Under the pieces are notes generated by a model, which was not told where the DNA came from, made no database searches, and worked only from the letters and a program-made list of their open reading frames with translations. From Octopus sinensis (Eukaryota): a DNA stretch of 64,000 nt. Positions 1 to 11,621 of the stretch are shown here, one piece after another. Every line of letters begins with the position of its first letter. The stretch's first letter is position 1. The stretch lies in assembly GCF_006345805.1 (NCBI RefSeq), contig NC_043007.1, positions 38,130,001 through 38,194,000 on the forward strand. Direction: 5' to 3'. Position numbers and translations under genes: made by a program.

Positions 1-370
1 GGAGATAAAATGATTTCTTTATATATCTTTTCTACTATAGGCACAAGGCCTGAAATTTTATGGGAAGGGATTAGTTGATTACATCAACCCCAGTGCACAA
101 CTGGTGCTTACTTCATCAACCCTGAAAGGATGAAAGGCAAAGATGACCATAGCGGAATTTGAACCTAGATATATATATATAAACAAATACATCTATAGAA
201 TACGTACAGGCAGTCACAAAGTCATAGACAGAGTGAGAGGAGTAGATCACACCGATATAGACAGAGACAGGAAGAGAAACAAAAAGATAGAGATGGAGAG
301 AGAGCAACACACACACACACAAGCCAATAAACAACCAGATAGCCAAGACAGAAACTGAAATCTCACAAAC

Positions 371-444
371 CTTGGTCATTTCCAATTCCTTTGTTAGTGC
401 TCTCACTGATCCTGCATAAAGCATCTGTTGCTCGGGTTTACAAC
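371..444 (-). CDS. GMF: Glia maturation factor (ADF-H/cofilin-like, Arp2/3 debranching factor), internal coding exon (74 bp); the gene continues left of the window
   Basis: Minus strand reads ttcttcag|GT TGT AAA CCC GAG...ACC AAG|gtttgt = (G)CKPEQQMLYAGSVRALTKELEMTK. This matches the GMF motif GCKPEQQMMYAGSK...LTK, and the phase fits the upstream exon. Confidence 0.95.
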
Positions 445-850
445 CTGAAGAACAAACAACATAATATTATAAATCAATGCAAAGAAATACATTTCAGAAA
501 ATTAACAGTTGGAAGAATTTCTGATGATAAATGATAACAATGATGATGGTGATGGTGGTGATGGTGATGATGACAATAATGACAGTAGTGCTACTCCTCC
601 TCCTCCTCTTATTATTAAGTTCTAGGAAGAAAATTGTTATCATTTGGATGATGAATGATGAGGAATTGGCAACGTCTTGTATGTGAATTTTTCCCGTTAG
701 TTGTGTTTCTGTTAATATTCCCAATAACCAGACATGTTTTCAGTGAAGATTGGAAACCACGCACACTACTTACATGATAGTGATGCTCATTTACAACTAT
801 TACGCAAAGCCACGGCAAGAAGACAGAAGCATACATACCACACACACACA

Positions 851-1140
851 CAATGGGCTTCTTTCAGTTTCCATCCACCAAATCCACTCACAAGGCTTTG
901 GCCAGCCCAAGGTTATAGAAGGAGACACTTGCCTAAGATGTCATGCAGAGAGACTGCATGTGAAACCCACATGCAATCGAACTCACACACACACACAATG
1001 GGCTTCTTTCAGTTTCCATCCACCAAATCCACTCACAAGGCTTTAGCCAGCCCAGGGTTATAGAAGGAGACACTTGCCCAAGATGACATGCAGAGAGACT
1101 GCACGTGAAACCCACATGCACACGAACTCACACACACACA
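851..1140 (-). repeat. Tandem duplication (~145-bp unit x2) of a SINE family A head fragment
   Basis: caatgggcttctttcagtttccatccaccaaatccactcacaagg... is repeated at 851 and 996. Confidence 0.85.
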
Positions 1141-1576
1141 CACACACACACATTAAAATACTGACTGTAGCTAATTAGATTCCTAATTGTCTACTTATGC
1201 CAACTTGTTTACTTCAATTCCAGTGATTATCTTTGATTACTTATGTGTTTGTTTATCTGTATACTAGCCAGATTTTTCTCTCTGTTGATTGTCTCTGATC
1301 TTTTTTTATTCATTATTACTCTCTCTCTCTCAATCCTACCTATCTATCTATTTCTAAGAATTGATTATATTATTGTTTTACCTAGCATCCAAATCTTTCC
1401 GTCTTCAGTATTCTGTATTTATTTACTTGCCAAACCTAAAATTATAAACCTCATGCTTACCACATCAAGTGTGTTAGCGCTTGCTTTTCCTCATACCAAA
1501 CCAGCGACCCATCTTCCTGCCTGGCATCCTGCCTGACTGTTAGTTTATAGATTGGAATAAATCAAAGTGTACTCAC

Positions 1577-1708
1577 CCTGTGGGCTGACGAAGATGAATA
1601 TCAGAGGATATGATACACGACCATCATCATGGTTATACACATAGCTGAGAACAATAAACCGGGGTTGTGAGACAGGTAACTCTTCCTGGATCTCATCCAT
1701 TGTACAAT

Positions 1709-1709
<1 letters not shown>
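1577..1709 (-). CDS. GMF: GMF internal coding exon (133 bp)
   Basis: ttattcag|GAT TGT...CCA CAG G|gtgagt encodes [44 protein letters not shown](G), containing the GMF signature QPRF...[10 protein letters not shown]. Confidence 0.97.
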
Positions 1710-1758
<49 letters not shown>

Positions 1759-1885
1759 TATAATAATATAATTATAATAAAATATAAGGAGGAGGGGGAG
1801 GGGAGGGGGAAAAGAAGAAGAAGAAGAAGAAGAAGAAGAAGGAGGAGGAGAAGAAGAAGAAGAAGAATGTAGAGCTGTTATAAAA

Positions 1886-2108
1886 GGCACAGCCAGAATA
1901 ATCAGGAAAGTATTAGATAGCTGAAAAGAAGGAATAGCATGATACCGTAGGCTGTTACAAAAGGTTTGCCTCCTTGGAACAGCCAGAATAATCAGGAAAG
2001 TATTAGACAGATGAAAAAAAGGATAGCATGATACCGTAGGCTGCAGGTAGCAAGCCCACTACACTCCAGGAGCTCCAACAAACCGGTGATAAAGAGAAAT
2101 AATAATAA
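1886..2108 (+). mobile_element. Two tandem 3' ends of a Dong/R4-clade non-LTR retrotransposon
   Basis: Encodes LQKVCLLGTARIIRKVLDR*, the typical C-terminus of (TAA)n-targeting Dong/R4 elements. Ends in (TAA)n; a ~65-bp segment is duplicated. Confidence 0.6.
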
Positions 2109-2300
2109 GAGCACTCAGAGAGTGCAAACCTCCACCAGGGCAACACCAACATCCTCTCAATGATTAGCCAGAGATGATTTTTTAAAATGAGCATTTCTCA
2201 TAAACAGGAATACTAAAAATGAACCCAACCACTCTCAAAAATTAAGTAAAAAAAAATGGAAAAATAATCCAGAATTCTTGTTCAGTACCTGATCAATCCC
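2109..2300 (-). mobile_element. Non-autonomous DNA-element fragment (Helentron/TE-X-like terminus)
   Basis: Terminus gagcactcagagagtgcaaacctccaccagggc resembles a widespread non-autonomous element end; family assignment is from memory. Confidence 0.35.
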
Positions 2301-3985
2301 AATGACAGTCATGGAATGTGAAGGTGGCTGTAGTAACAGTAATAAATAGTTTATCCTTATCTAATACAAGCCAAAGTTAACAAATTCACAAAGACAATGG
2401 GATAGTATAAAAGCAAAATACAAAGAAAAACAACAACTAAGGAACTGTGTGTGTGCAGGGGTGGGAATGGTACATCTAGTAAAATGACAAGATCAACAAT
2501 AACAATAAAAATATAATAATGTTGGCACCATTGCATGACTAATACTTTATTTTATCAAACCCGAAATGACGAAAGATAAAGTCAATCCCAGCAGGATTTG
2601 AACTCAGAATAATGAAGAGTCTATTTGCAGTCACATGGTTTCCTAGAAATAACAACCAAATCTCTCTTACCATCTTAGAAAAAAATGGCTTTTATGTTGA
2701 CAATGTAGTTTATATTGTGTCTGAAAGGCAAAAAAACAAAAAAAAAACAAGATGGTCACAGCTGGAACACCTTTGATTTTAAGGTCTGCAAGTTCAGTAC
2801 TGCCTTTCAGACAAACAACAGCAACAGTGACAATAGCAGCAACATTGCCCAGAGTATATTGAATGAGAGCACAGAACATAATTTGTAAATCATTACCAGT
2901 CTGTTCTTATGCAACCAACATACAAATATAATTAAACTGCATGTTTTCAGAGATGTTTTTTTTTTCCAAAACACACGCATGGTTCATAGGCTGATGATGA
3001 TAAATGATCGAATCTGATGCTGTCTGATGCTATATTGCATCTTCAAGATTAAAAATGGTGTTCTAATTCATGACACCATCAGTTACATGCCAAAATTATC
3101 TGAATAGTTTTTTTGGCTCAAATACAAGAATTTAACGAACACATTTCTTTTCTTTTCTTTCCTTTTCCTGTCACTGAGAAAAATGTTCGCATTTTATTAT
3201 TATTACTTTTTTTTTTTTGTATACATAGACCATTAGAAATGAAATAGCAGATTTAGAATATTTAACATTTTTAAAGAAATAATTCCATTTGGTAAGACAT
3301 AATTGCCAAAGATATTCAGTTAAACCTCAAACATATATTTGAATATTCAAGCCAAAGTCAAAATGTTATTTTTACAGTTATTGTTGAAAATGGTTAAAGA
3401 CTGTCTTGAATCTACAAGTTCATAAGAGTGGAACTTATCCCAATTTCTGTGGCATTTAAGCAAGAAAGAGCACAAGACATCCTGAAGGAAATGTCAGTCT
3501 GCTATGGCATTAACCTCTAGCTACCATTGGTACTCATTTTTGGCTGATTGGACTGAAACAAAATAAAATGAAGAGCCTTGCACAAGGGGACAACATGCTT
3601 TCCTGCCTAAGAATTGAACCCACATCCTAATGATCATGGTTCTAACACCCAAAATGCAAGGCCATCTGCCTTCACTTTCTTTCAAATAGCTAAAACAATA
3701 CTGATCTGTGACAGCTTTAAGACATATAATATTATTTACAATAATGTAATGTAGGGTGATATCAAGCTTTAATGTGTTGTGAAACAGTCCTATGATCAAA
3801 GGCATTTCAGGCATGGCCTCCACATCATTTTTCATATCTAGGGCAACAGTGTCCAAAATAGGGTATCATGTGATAGAATTTGGCTGCTATTTCTTGTAGG
3901 CTCAACAACCATGTAGAGGTTCCTCTTTGGCTCAAGTGTAGAGCACCGTTGTGCAGAGACTTGCAAAGTAGCGTGTGTGTGTGTG

Positions 3986-4028
<43 letters not shown>

Positions 4029-4203
4029 ATAAATATTAGGGAATAAATCCAAATTTACAGGGAAAAAATCAGATTTAGGATTAAATCCAATTTTATAGTA
4101 AAATATTATAAAATATTATTAGAGACAAAACCACTATTTTGCAAAACAAACAAGGAAAGACTTAATCAATACATAAAATTTTAATAAATAGTCAAAAAAA
4201 CCG

Positions 4204-4246
4204 CCACTACAATTGTTTCTTGTCTTGATCGACAATCTTCAGGTGG
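4204..4246 (-). ncRNA. Minimal type I hammerhead ribozyme (PLE-type)
   Basis: Minus strand: CCAC-CUGAAGA-uuguc gaucaa gacaa-GAAA-CAAUUG-UA-GUGG. Intact core, 5-bp stem II, palindromic stem III, GUA cleavage triplet. Confidence 0.85.
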
Positions 4247-6699
4247 ACTTCCAATCTAAAATATCAATATTTTAAAATATAAAAATAATAATTTTAAAAT
4301 AATTAAAGTATGAATGAAAAAATATAAATATATAATCCATATATAACCTATATATAATCCATATATAATCAATATATAAACAATATATAAACTAAAATAA
4401 ACCTATCAACAATTAAATATAAAATATAAAATATAAAATATAAAATATAAAACAAAACAAAAAAATAATAATAATATAATAATAAACTATATATACACCC
4501 ATACACATATACCTAATTATATATAACCATATCTAACTACATACACTAAATCACACACCTATATATATATCCCTATACATACACATAAAAACGTCTAGGC
4601 AACTATAAATAAATAAAATAGCTAAATACTTCAACACAATACTTATTCATACTCCCACACACACACACATACAACCCACATTCACGCTCTAGAAAACGGA
4701 CATCACTTAAAATTATGAACGGAGAAATGGAATAAATGGAATTAAAAATTATATTCACTTGGTAAAACGAACACTACTTAAAAATTATGAATGAAACAAT
4801 GCAATAAAACAACAGACATCGCAAATAGACACAAATTACTACGAATTCCTTAACAAACCTACCATGATAAACCAAAACTCATAAAAACATATAATGATAA
4901 AATCTCCCTTTACTAAACTCTATAACATACCTATATAGCAATCCCCCTAACCTAAACATTCACACACAAATACACACACGTAAACCACACACCCACGACA
5001 TATACAAATACCCACACCACTTACACATACCTATACATACATATAAACCTCAACATATACTCCAAAAACCCACTCAACCCCACACAGACAAATAAACACA
5101 AAATTATGTGTGTGTTTGTGTGTGAATGTGTGAATGTGTATATGTGTATATGGGTTTGTTATTTAGGTTTTGGGATGTATGTGTTAATTTGTCTGTGTGG
5201 GGAGGGAGTGGGTTTTTAGTGTATATTGAGGTTTATAAGTTAGTATAGGTATGTGTATAAGTCGTGGGTCTGTGGTTTACGTGTGTGTATTTGTGTGTGA
5301 ATGTTTAGGTTAGGGGGATTGCTATATAGGTTTGTTATAGAGTTTAGCAAAGGGAGATTTTATCGTTATATGTTTTTAAGAGTTTTGGTTTATCATGGTT
5401 TTTTTAGGGAATTCGTGGTAATTTGTCTATTTTCGATGTTGGTTGTTTTATTACATTGTTTCATTCATAATTTTGAGTGGTGTTCGTTTTGCCACGTGAA
5501 TATTATTTTTAATTCCATTTATTCCATTTCTCCATTCATTATTTTAAAAGATGTTCGTTTCCAGAGCGGTTATACTTTTTATACATATGTTAAGTTCTTG
5601 GTAAAGTAATTTTGTTTGGTGTATATGTTGAGGCTTATATGTACTTGTGGGTGTGTGTGAGTGGGGTGGGTGTTTGTATTTGTTATGGGTGTGTGGTTTA
5701 CGTGTGTGTATTTGTGTGTGAATGTATAGGTTAAAGGGATTGCTATATAAGTATGTTATAGTGTTTAGTAAAGGGAGGTTTTATCATTTATGTTTTGTGA
5801 GTTTTAGCTTATCATGGTAGTTTTATAAAAGAATCCATTCATAATTTTTGTGTTTATTTGTCTGTGTGGGGTTGAGTGGGTTTTTGGAGTATATGTTGAG
5901 GTTTATATGTATGTATAGGTATGTGTAAGTGGTGTGGGTATTTGTATATGTCGTGGGTGTGTGGTTTACGTGTGTGTATTTGTGTGTGAATGTTTAGGTT
6001 AGGGGGATTGCTATATAGGTATGTTATAGAGTTTAGTAAAGGGAGATTTTATCATTATATGTTTTTATGAGTTTTGGTTTATCATGGTAGGTTTGTTAAG
6101 GAATTCATAGTAATTTGTGTCTATTTGCGATGTCTGTTGTTTTATTGCATTGTTTCATTCATAATTTTTAGTAGTGTTCGTTTTACCAAGTGAATATAAT
6201 TTTTAATTCCATTATTCCATTTCTCCGTTCATAATTTTAAGTGATGTCCGTTTTCTAGAGCGTGAATGTGGGTTGTATGTGTGTGTGTGTGGGAGTATGA
6301 ATAAGTATTGTGTTGAAGTATTTAGCTATTTTATTTATTTATAGTTGCCTAGACGTTTTTATGTGTATGTATAGGGATATATATATAGGTGTGTGATTTA
6401 GTGTATGTAGTTAGATATGGTTATATATAATTAGGTATATGTGTATGGGGTATATATAGTTTATTATTATATTATTATTATTTTTTTGTTTTGTTTTATA
6501 TTTTATATTTTATATTTTATATTTTATATTTAATTGCTGATAGGTTTATTTTAGTTTATATATTGTTTATATATTGATTATATATGGATTATATATAGGT
6601 TATATATGGATTATATATTTATATTTTTTCATTCATACTTTAATTATTTTAAAATTATTATTTTTATATTTTAAAATATTGATATTTTAGATTGGAAGT

Positions 6700-6742
6700 C
6701 CACCTGAAGATTGTCGATCAAGACAAGAAACAATTGTAGTGG
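6700..6742 (+). ncRNA. Minimal type I hammerhead ribozyme (PLE-type)
   Basis: ccac ctgaaga ttgtc gatcaa gacaa gaaa caattg ta gtgg; predicted cleavage after 6738. Confidence 0.85.
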
Positions 6743-6829
6743 CGGTTTTTTTGACTATTTATTAAAATTTTATGTATTGATTAAGTCTTTCCTTGTTTGT
6801 TTTGCAAAATAGTGGTTTTGTCTCTAATA

Positions 6830-6860
<31 letters not shown>

Positions 6861-7239
6861 CAGAGGCAACTCCATGTCATCAGCATCACTTAAGCTCAAC
6901 ACAGATCTTGCATAAGACACATGCCTTCTCAAAGAATTTCTCGTTTTTCCGCTTTATTTCTAGCCCCAAATGGCTTATTTTTTTATATCTAGCACTATGT
7001 CTTTCTCTATTTCTAAGTTAAGAGTAAAAATAAAGCAACCCTGCAAAACACAACTGATCTTTACATACAGACAACAGAATAAGAGCAATCAAATAACAAC
7101 AGCAGAGTGCACAACAAACATCAGCGATCTGACTGTCGCCTGTACTCTTGACAAGAGATACCAGTTAGTCTTTTACACTTACCAGGCTTGTTCGTATTAG
7201 CCTGAGCTGCTGGATAATTTTTTGCTCCTTTAAGAATAT

Positions 7240-7810
7240 TATAGAACAGAAACTTTTCATAGATTGGAATTTAAATCCTAATCTCAACAGAAATTTATTG
7301 TTTCAAGAAAACATTGGATTTGGGTTACTTTGAATTTTTACGATTATAGATAACAACTCAGGCTGTACCTTCTGAGTCCAAGTCAGGCATGTGTGAATGA
7401 TGTCAAGAGAACATCTGCTACGAATGATATTTTTTGACACAGGGCACCTCTAAGATGCCCACCAGATGTTGAACGAAAATAAATGAACTGCAACCAGACT
7501 CAATAATAGGAGCCTGAGTTATTGGCTGAAATTACATACTTAAAGCCAGTGTTGGCAGAAATTAAATCAGCTTGCAAATACACATTCACTTTACTAAATT
7601 TATACTCAGGCTAAGACCGAAGAGCCTGAGTGCCGGAGTCACCACTGATAGTGTAACTGCCTGAAGTGGTCGTGACTTCTGGGACTTGACCGATGAAAGA
7701 AAGCCTAGAATGACCCATCTATCCTTCTAATTGTTGTTTCTCTTGTCCGCTTTTGTATCGTCTATCTGTCCAAACATTTGAATGCCCTCTGTTGCATTTT
7801 TGTTCCATTT
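7240..7810 (+). mobile_element. Possible degraded PLE 3' region
   Basis: Short frame EQKLFIDWNLNPNLNR resembles the PLE GIY-YIG C-terminus. Also a hairpin ctcaggct/agcctgag, a 'ccgatgaa' remnant and a T-rich tail ending in (TA)n. Confidence 0.3.
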
Positions 7811-8404
7811 ATATATATATATATACACACATACATAGATATACATATATAGAGAGAGAGTGGATGTGGTTTAGTACTTGAAATAGTTGCAATGATTTTA
7901 TTTCCTTCAGGAGATGAATTGGCAGAAACTGAAGAACACACCAGACTAAAATGTTTTACGATATTTTATATTACATCAACAGAAAGCCACCTAGATCAAC
8001 ATGTAAGCGTCTTGCGAGTCAACATTAACATAGTTTCAAATTTTGGTTGAAATAAATTCCCTCATATTGTTGATATTACCTGGAAAGGTGTCAACATCAA
8101 AATATCCAATCCTTCTGAATTTGGTTAAGCATTTTTTTAAAAATTAGTCTCAGCACTCTATATACAGAGTTTTTAACTCTTTTCAGGCTTAACTTTACTA
8201 CTCATCCATCAATGACTATCACAGACATTCCCATCCCACTTGCCTCTCCTCTTCTCATCAATCCTTCCCTAGGACCTTGCACTAGTCATTACACCCAGTC
8301 CTTCTTTCCCAGAATGACAGCCCCTTGAAATTCCCTCTCAGTTTACGTCTTTTCTACATGTGTTGCATTGCAAAAGCGCAAAACGAACTTTAATAGAATC
8401 AATC

Positions 8405-8762
8405 TCACCAGCTGACCAAAAAGACACTTGGGTTTTAATTGCACAAAATTTCCTTGATTGTGTCAAGAATGATGAAAACTTTTTGAAAACTATGCATAGG
8501 CACCTGAGCAGGTATTGCCAAGCTTTTGGCAAAATTTTATGCAGATTCTCTGCTCAACTTGCTCTGTTATGGTCAGTGCGATGATCACATGCTACACACC
8601 TTCCTTCCAAGCACTGCTGTAAACAGCAAAAGTGAGCTAGAACATTAAAACTCAGTGCACATGCAGAGCAAAGTGCAAAGTCAATCTGTGCCAAAGCGGC
8701 TTCACTCTGCATGCTTTAGCTCATTACTATGGTAAAAGTCCAGATACTTATTGATCAGACTA
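8405..8762. mobile_element. Mariner-derived non-autonomous element, partial, with internal inversion junction
   Basis: Reverse-complement homologue of 11100-11460; TIR-like end gatacttattgatcagacta. Confidence 0.75.
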
Positions 8763-9049
8763 TATATATAAATATATATATATAGATAAATATATATATA
8801 TATATTTAGGATTACATTGTCCAACAAGTCCTTATCTGAATGAAAAGAAAGAAATTTGGCTGTTGTTTTAGCAACCGCATTGGCTGTTGTTATTGTCAGA
8901 AAGGGTGCAGCTTGGCACTGCACTTAAAATATTATATATTAAGTAGTTTGGGAAGTCAGCAATTCAGAGGTAAGAGTTTAGCTGACATTAAATAAATCTT
9001 GTTTGGTTTGGTTCAGTTCCGTGGTTGAAATTGTGAGGATGATTGGGAA

Positions 9050-9213
9050 AGTGGAGGGGTGGTAGTGGTGAAGAGGTAATGGAAGGTTGGGGTGATTGCA
9101 ATGAGAGTGGTAGTACAAGGAGTGGTGGTGGTGGTGTTAGAAGTAGTAGAGAGTGATGTTGGTGGTTATGGTGTTAATAATGAGGATGGTAGCGGAGAAG
9201 GAACTGATGTTGA

Positions 9214-9263
<50 letters not shown>

Positions 9264-9620
9264 ACAGTAGTAGTAGTAACAGTAGTAGTAGAAGAAGCAG
9301 TAGAGGATGTTTGTGGTGCTAAAAGTCATGATGGTGGTGGTAGTAGTGGTAGTGATGGTGATTATAATTATGACAGGTCACATTAATTGCTTTTATGTGG
9401 TCAGCAGTGGTGGTCAAGTTGGAGATAAGTGCTGAGTAGGGGTGGTGGTGGTGATGATGATAAGAAGAGTGGTGACAATTGTGATGTTTTTGTTGCTATT
9501 GGTGATAGTGGTGGTTGTGGTGGTGGTGAAGTTAATAGTGGTGAAAATAGCAGCTGTGATGTTAGTGGCAGTAGTGGTGGTGGTGGCGATGGTGGTAGTA
9601 GTGATGGCGATTGTTATGGT
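9050..9620. repeat. (TAG)n/(GGT)n low-complexity tract
   Basis: Direct inspection. Confidence 0.9.
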
Positions 9621-10091
9621 TCCAAGCACTGCTGTAAACATAACTACAAACTATGTATAGGACTATGTAAAAGATAATATATCTACAAGTACAAATAACT
9701 GAGTTCATGAACTTGCTGTCAGTGGGATGGTTATAACTGCATTGATGTTATTTAGCCCCAAGTCAGTCTGGTCCGAAAGACAATTATCAAAGGCATTATT
9801 TTATTCTTTTATTCTTCTACTTGTTTCAGTCATCTGACTGCGGCCATACTGGAGCACCACTTTGAAGAGTTGTTTTAATCCAACAAATTGCCCCCCAGGA
9901 CTTATTTTTTAAGCCTAGTACTTATTCTATCAGTCTCTTTTGTTGACCCACTATATATATATATATATGATATAAATAACACACACACACACACACATAT
10001 AGTTAATCCAAACAAGAAAGCACAAAAAAACACAACAACACGAGGACGTGGAACAAATATAGTATTACTGGACGCACAGGAAAGAAGGAGG

Positions 10092-10126
10092 GTTTAACGT
10101 TTCGAGCGGAGCTCTTCGTCGGAAAC
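10092..10126 (-). ncRNA. Variant minimal hammerhead motif in a PLE-type terminal-repeat fragment (~10000-10160)
   Basis: Minus strand: GUUU-CCGACGA-A-GAGC ucc GCUC-GAAA-CGUU-AAAC; U4->C core variant, AACGUU palindrome. Confidence 0.55.
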
Positions 10127-10358
10127 ATAGGAGAAGGAAAGATCCAGAGAAGGGAAGGGGCTTGTATGATTGTGTATAGAGATATATATATTATTCAAAG
10201 GAATTCCAACTCTGTCTGTTTTTTATGTTTTATTTATATTCTTTATAATATTAACGTAGAATATAGAATATATAGTATAAATAATATATATAGTGTAAAA
10301 TGAAATGAAGTATTGATTGTCTTATTGAATAGATGAAATATTGAATATCAAATATTAA

Positions 10359-10402
10359 GGGACTAGTATACTTTCTTGCATTAAAGCAGTCTTCAAGGTC
10401 CC
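10359..10402 (-). ncRNA. Degenerate minimal hammerhead motif in a PLE-type fragment (~10190-10440)
   Basis: Minus strand: GGGAC-CUUGAAGA-cugc uuuaau gcaa-GAAA-GUAUAC-UA-GUCCC. 5-bp stem I, palindromic stem III, one extra U in the core. Confidence 0.55.
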
Positions 10403-10461
10403 AGATTGTGACAGGAGTGTTTCAACTGTGGCCATACACTCATATATATATATATATATAT

Positions 10462-10636
10462 GAGCGGCTGCATGGTAATTAGCTTGCTTACAAACCACAT
10501 GCTTCCAGGTTCAGTCCCACTGCATGGCACCTTGGGCAAGTGTCTTCTACTCTAGCCTCAGGCCGACCTTGTGAGTGGATTTGGTAGACGGAAACTGAAA
10601 GAAGCCCATCGTATGTATGTATATATATATGTGTGT

Positions 10637-10671
<35 letters not shown>

Positions 10672-10876
10672 TTGTGTGTCTGTGTTTGTCCCCCCAACAT
10701 TGCTTGACAACTGATGGTTGTGTGTTTACGTCCCCGTAACCTAGCAGTTTGGTAAAAGAGACTGATAGAATAAGTACTAGGCTTACAAAGAATAAGACCT
10801 GGGGTTGATTTGCTCGACTAAAAGCAGTGCACCAGCATGGCCACAGTTGAATGACTGAAACAAGTAAAAGAGTAAA
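10462..10876 (+). mobile_element. tRNA-derived SINE family A (internal microsatellite, tail ...gactgaaacaagtaaaagag)
   Basis: A/B-box-like head ggctg..tggtaa...ggttcagtccc and CORE-like accttgggcaagt; many copies in the window. Confidence 0.85.
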
Positions 10877-11024
10877 CGATATAAATACAGAGGGAGACAG
10901 CTAGAAAATGGTGAAAGAGAGGTAAAAAGGGGAATTTGAGAAAGGATGAGACAGAAAACAGTATAGATTAGAGTTGCATCAAAAAGAAAAACCTATTTGG
11001 AAATAGATGCGTGGCATTCAATCA

Positions 11025-11092
<68 letters not shown>

Positions 11093-11099
11093 GCATATT

Positions 11100-11621
11100 T
11101 ATGAGGTCTGACCAATAAGTATCCAGACTGTTGCCATAGTAAGAAAGCTAAAGCAAGCAGAGTAAAGCTGCTTGGCACACATTGACCTTGAACTCTGCTG
11201 TGTATGCACACTAAGTTTTATGTCCTAGCTCACTCCCGCTGTTTACAGCGGTGCCTGGAAGGAAGGTGTGTAGCATGTGATTGTCACACTGACCATGACA
11301 GAAAAAGTTGAGCAGAAGATCTGCACCAAACTTTGCCAAAAGCTTGACGATACCTGCTCAAAGGCCTACACAAAGTTTTCAAAAAGTTTTCATTGTTCTT
11401 GACATAATCAAGGAGATTTTGTGCAACTGAAAACCGAGGGTCTTTTTGTTCAGCTGAAAGCTGTTTTGTTACAAACTTAGCAGACACACTTCTCATACCC
11501 AAATCTTCAGTGATAATGGATTGAACTGAACTGTAACTAATATGCACATCCTCTGATAACTCATAGATGGTGATTCAATGATTTCCCCACACAGCTGCAG
11601 GCACATCTACGATGTTTTTCT
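11100..11621. mobile_element. Mariner-derived non-autonomous element with inverted 5' end
   Basis: TA-tgaggtctgaccaataagtatcc TIR and plus-strand MTEKVEQKICTKLCQKL N-terminus, joined to minus-strand ITEDLGMRSVSAKFVTKQLSAEQK (mariner WVPxxL-region homologue). Confidence 0.8.

Larger units (their letters stand above)
4022..6839. mobile_element. Non-autonomous Penelope-like (PLE) element in foldback configuration, inserted in (TA)n
   Basis: Arms 4107-5108 and 5840-6839 are near-perfect reverse complements. The spacer holds diverged tandem copies of arm 2. Each arm carries a minimal hammerhead, both flanks are (TA)n, and there is no coding remnant. Confidence 0.75.

Noticed and set aside
7176-7230. 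Strong minus-strand donor CTG|gtaagt inside the GMF intron
   Set aside because: No convincing acceptor or homology; the GMF exons already join in frame without it.
9092-9677. ORFs rich in V/S/G/T
   Set aside because: Translations of (TAG)/(GGT) microsatellites; no domain or splice support.
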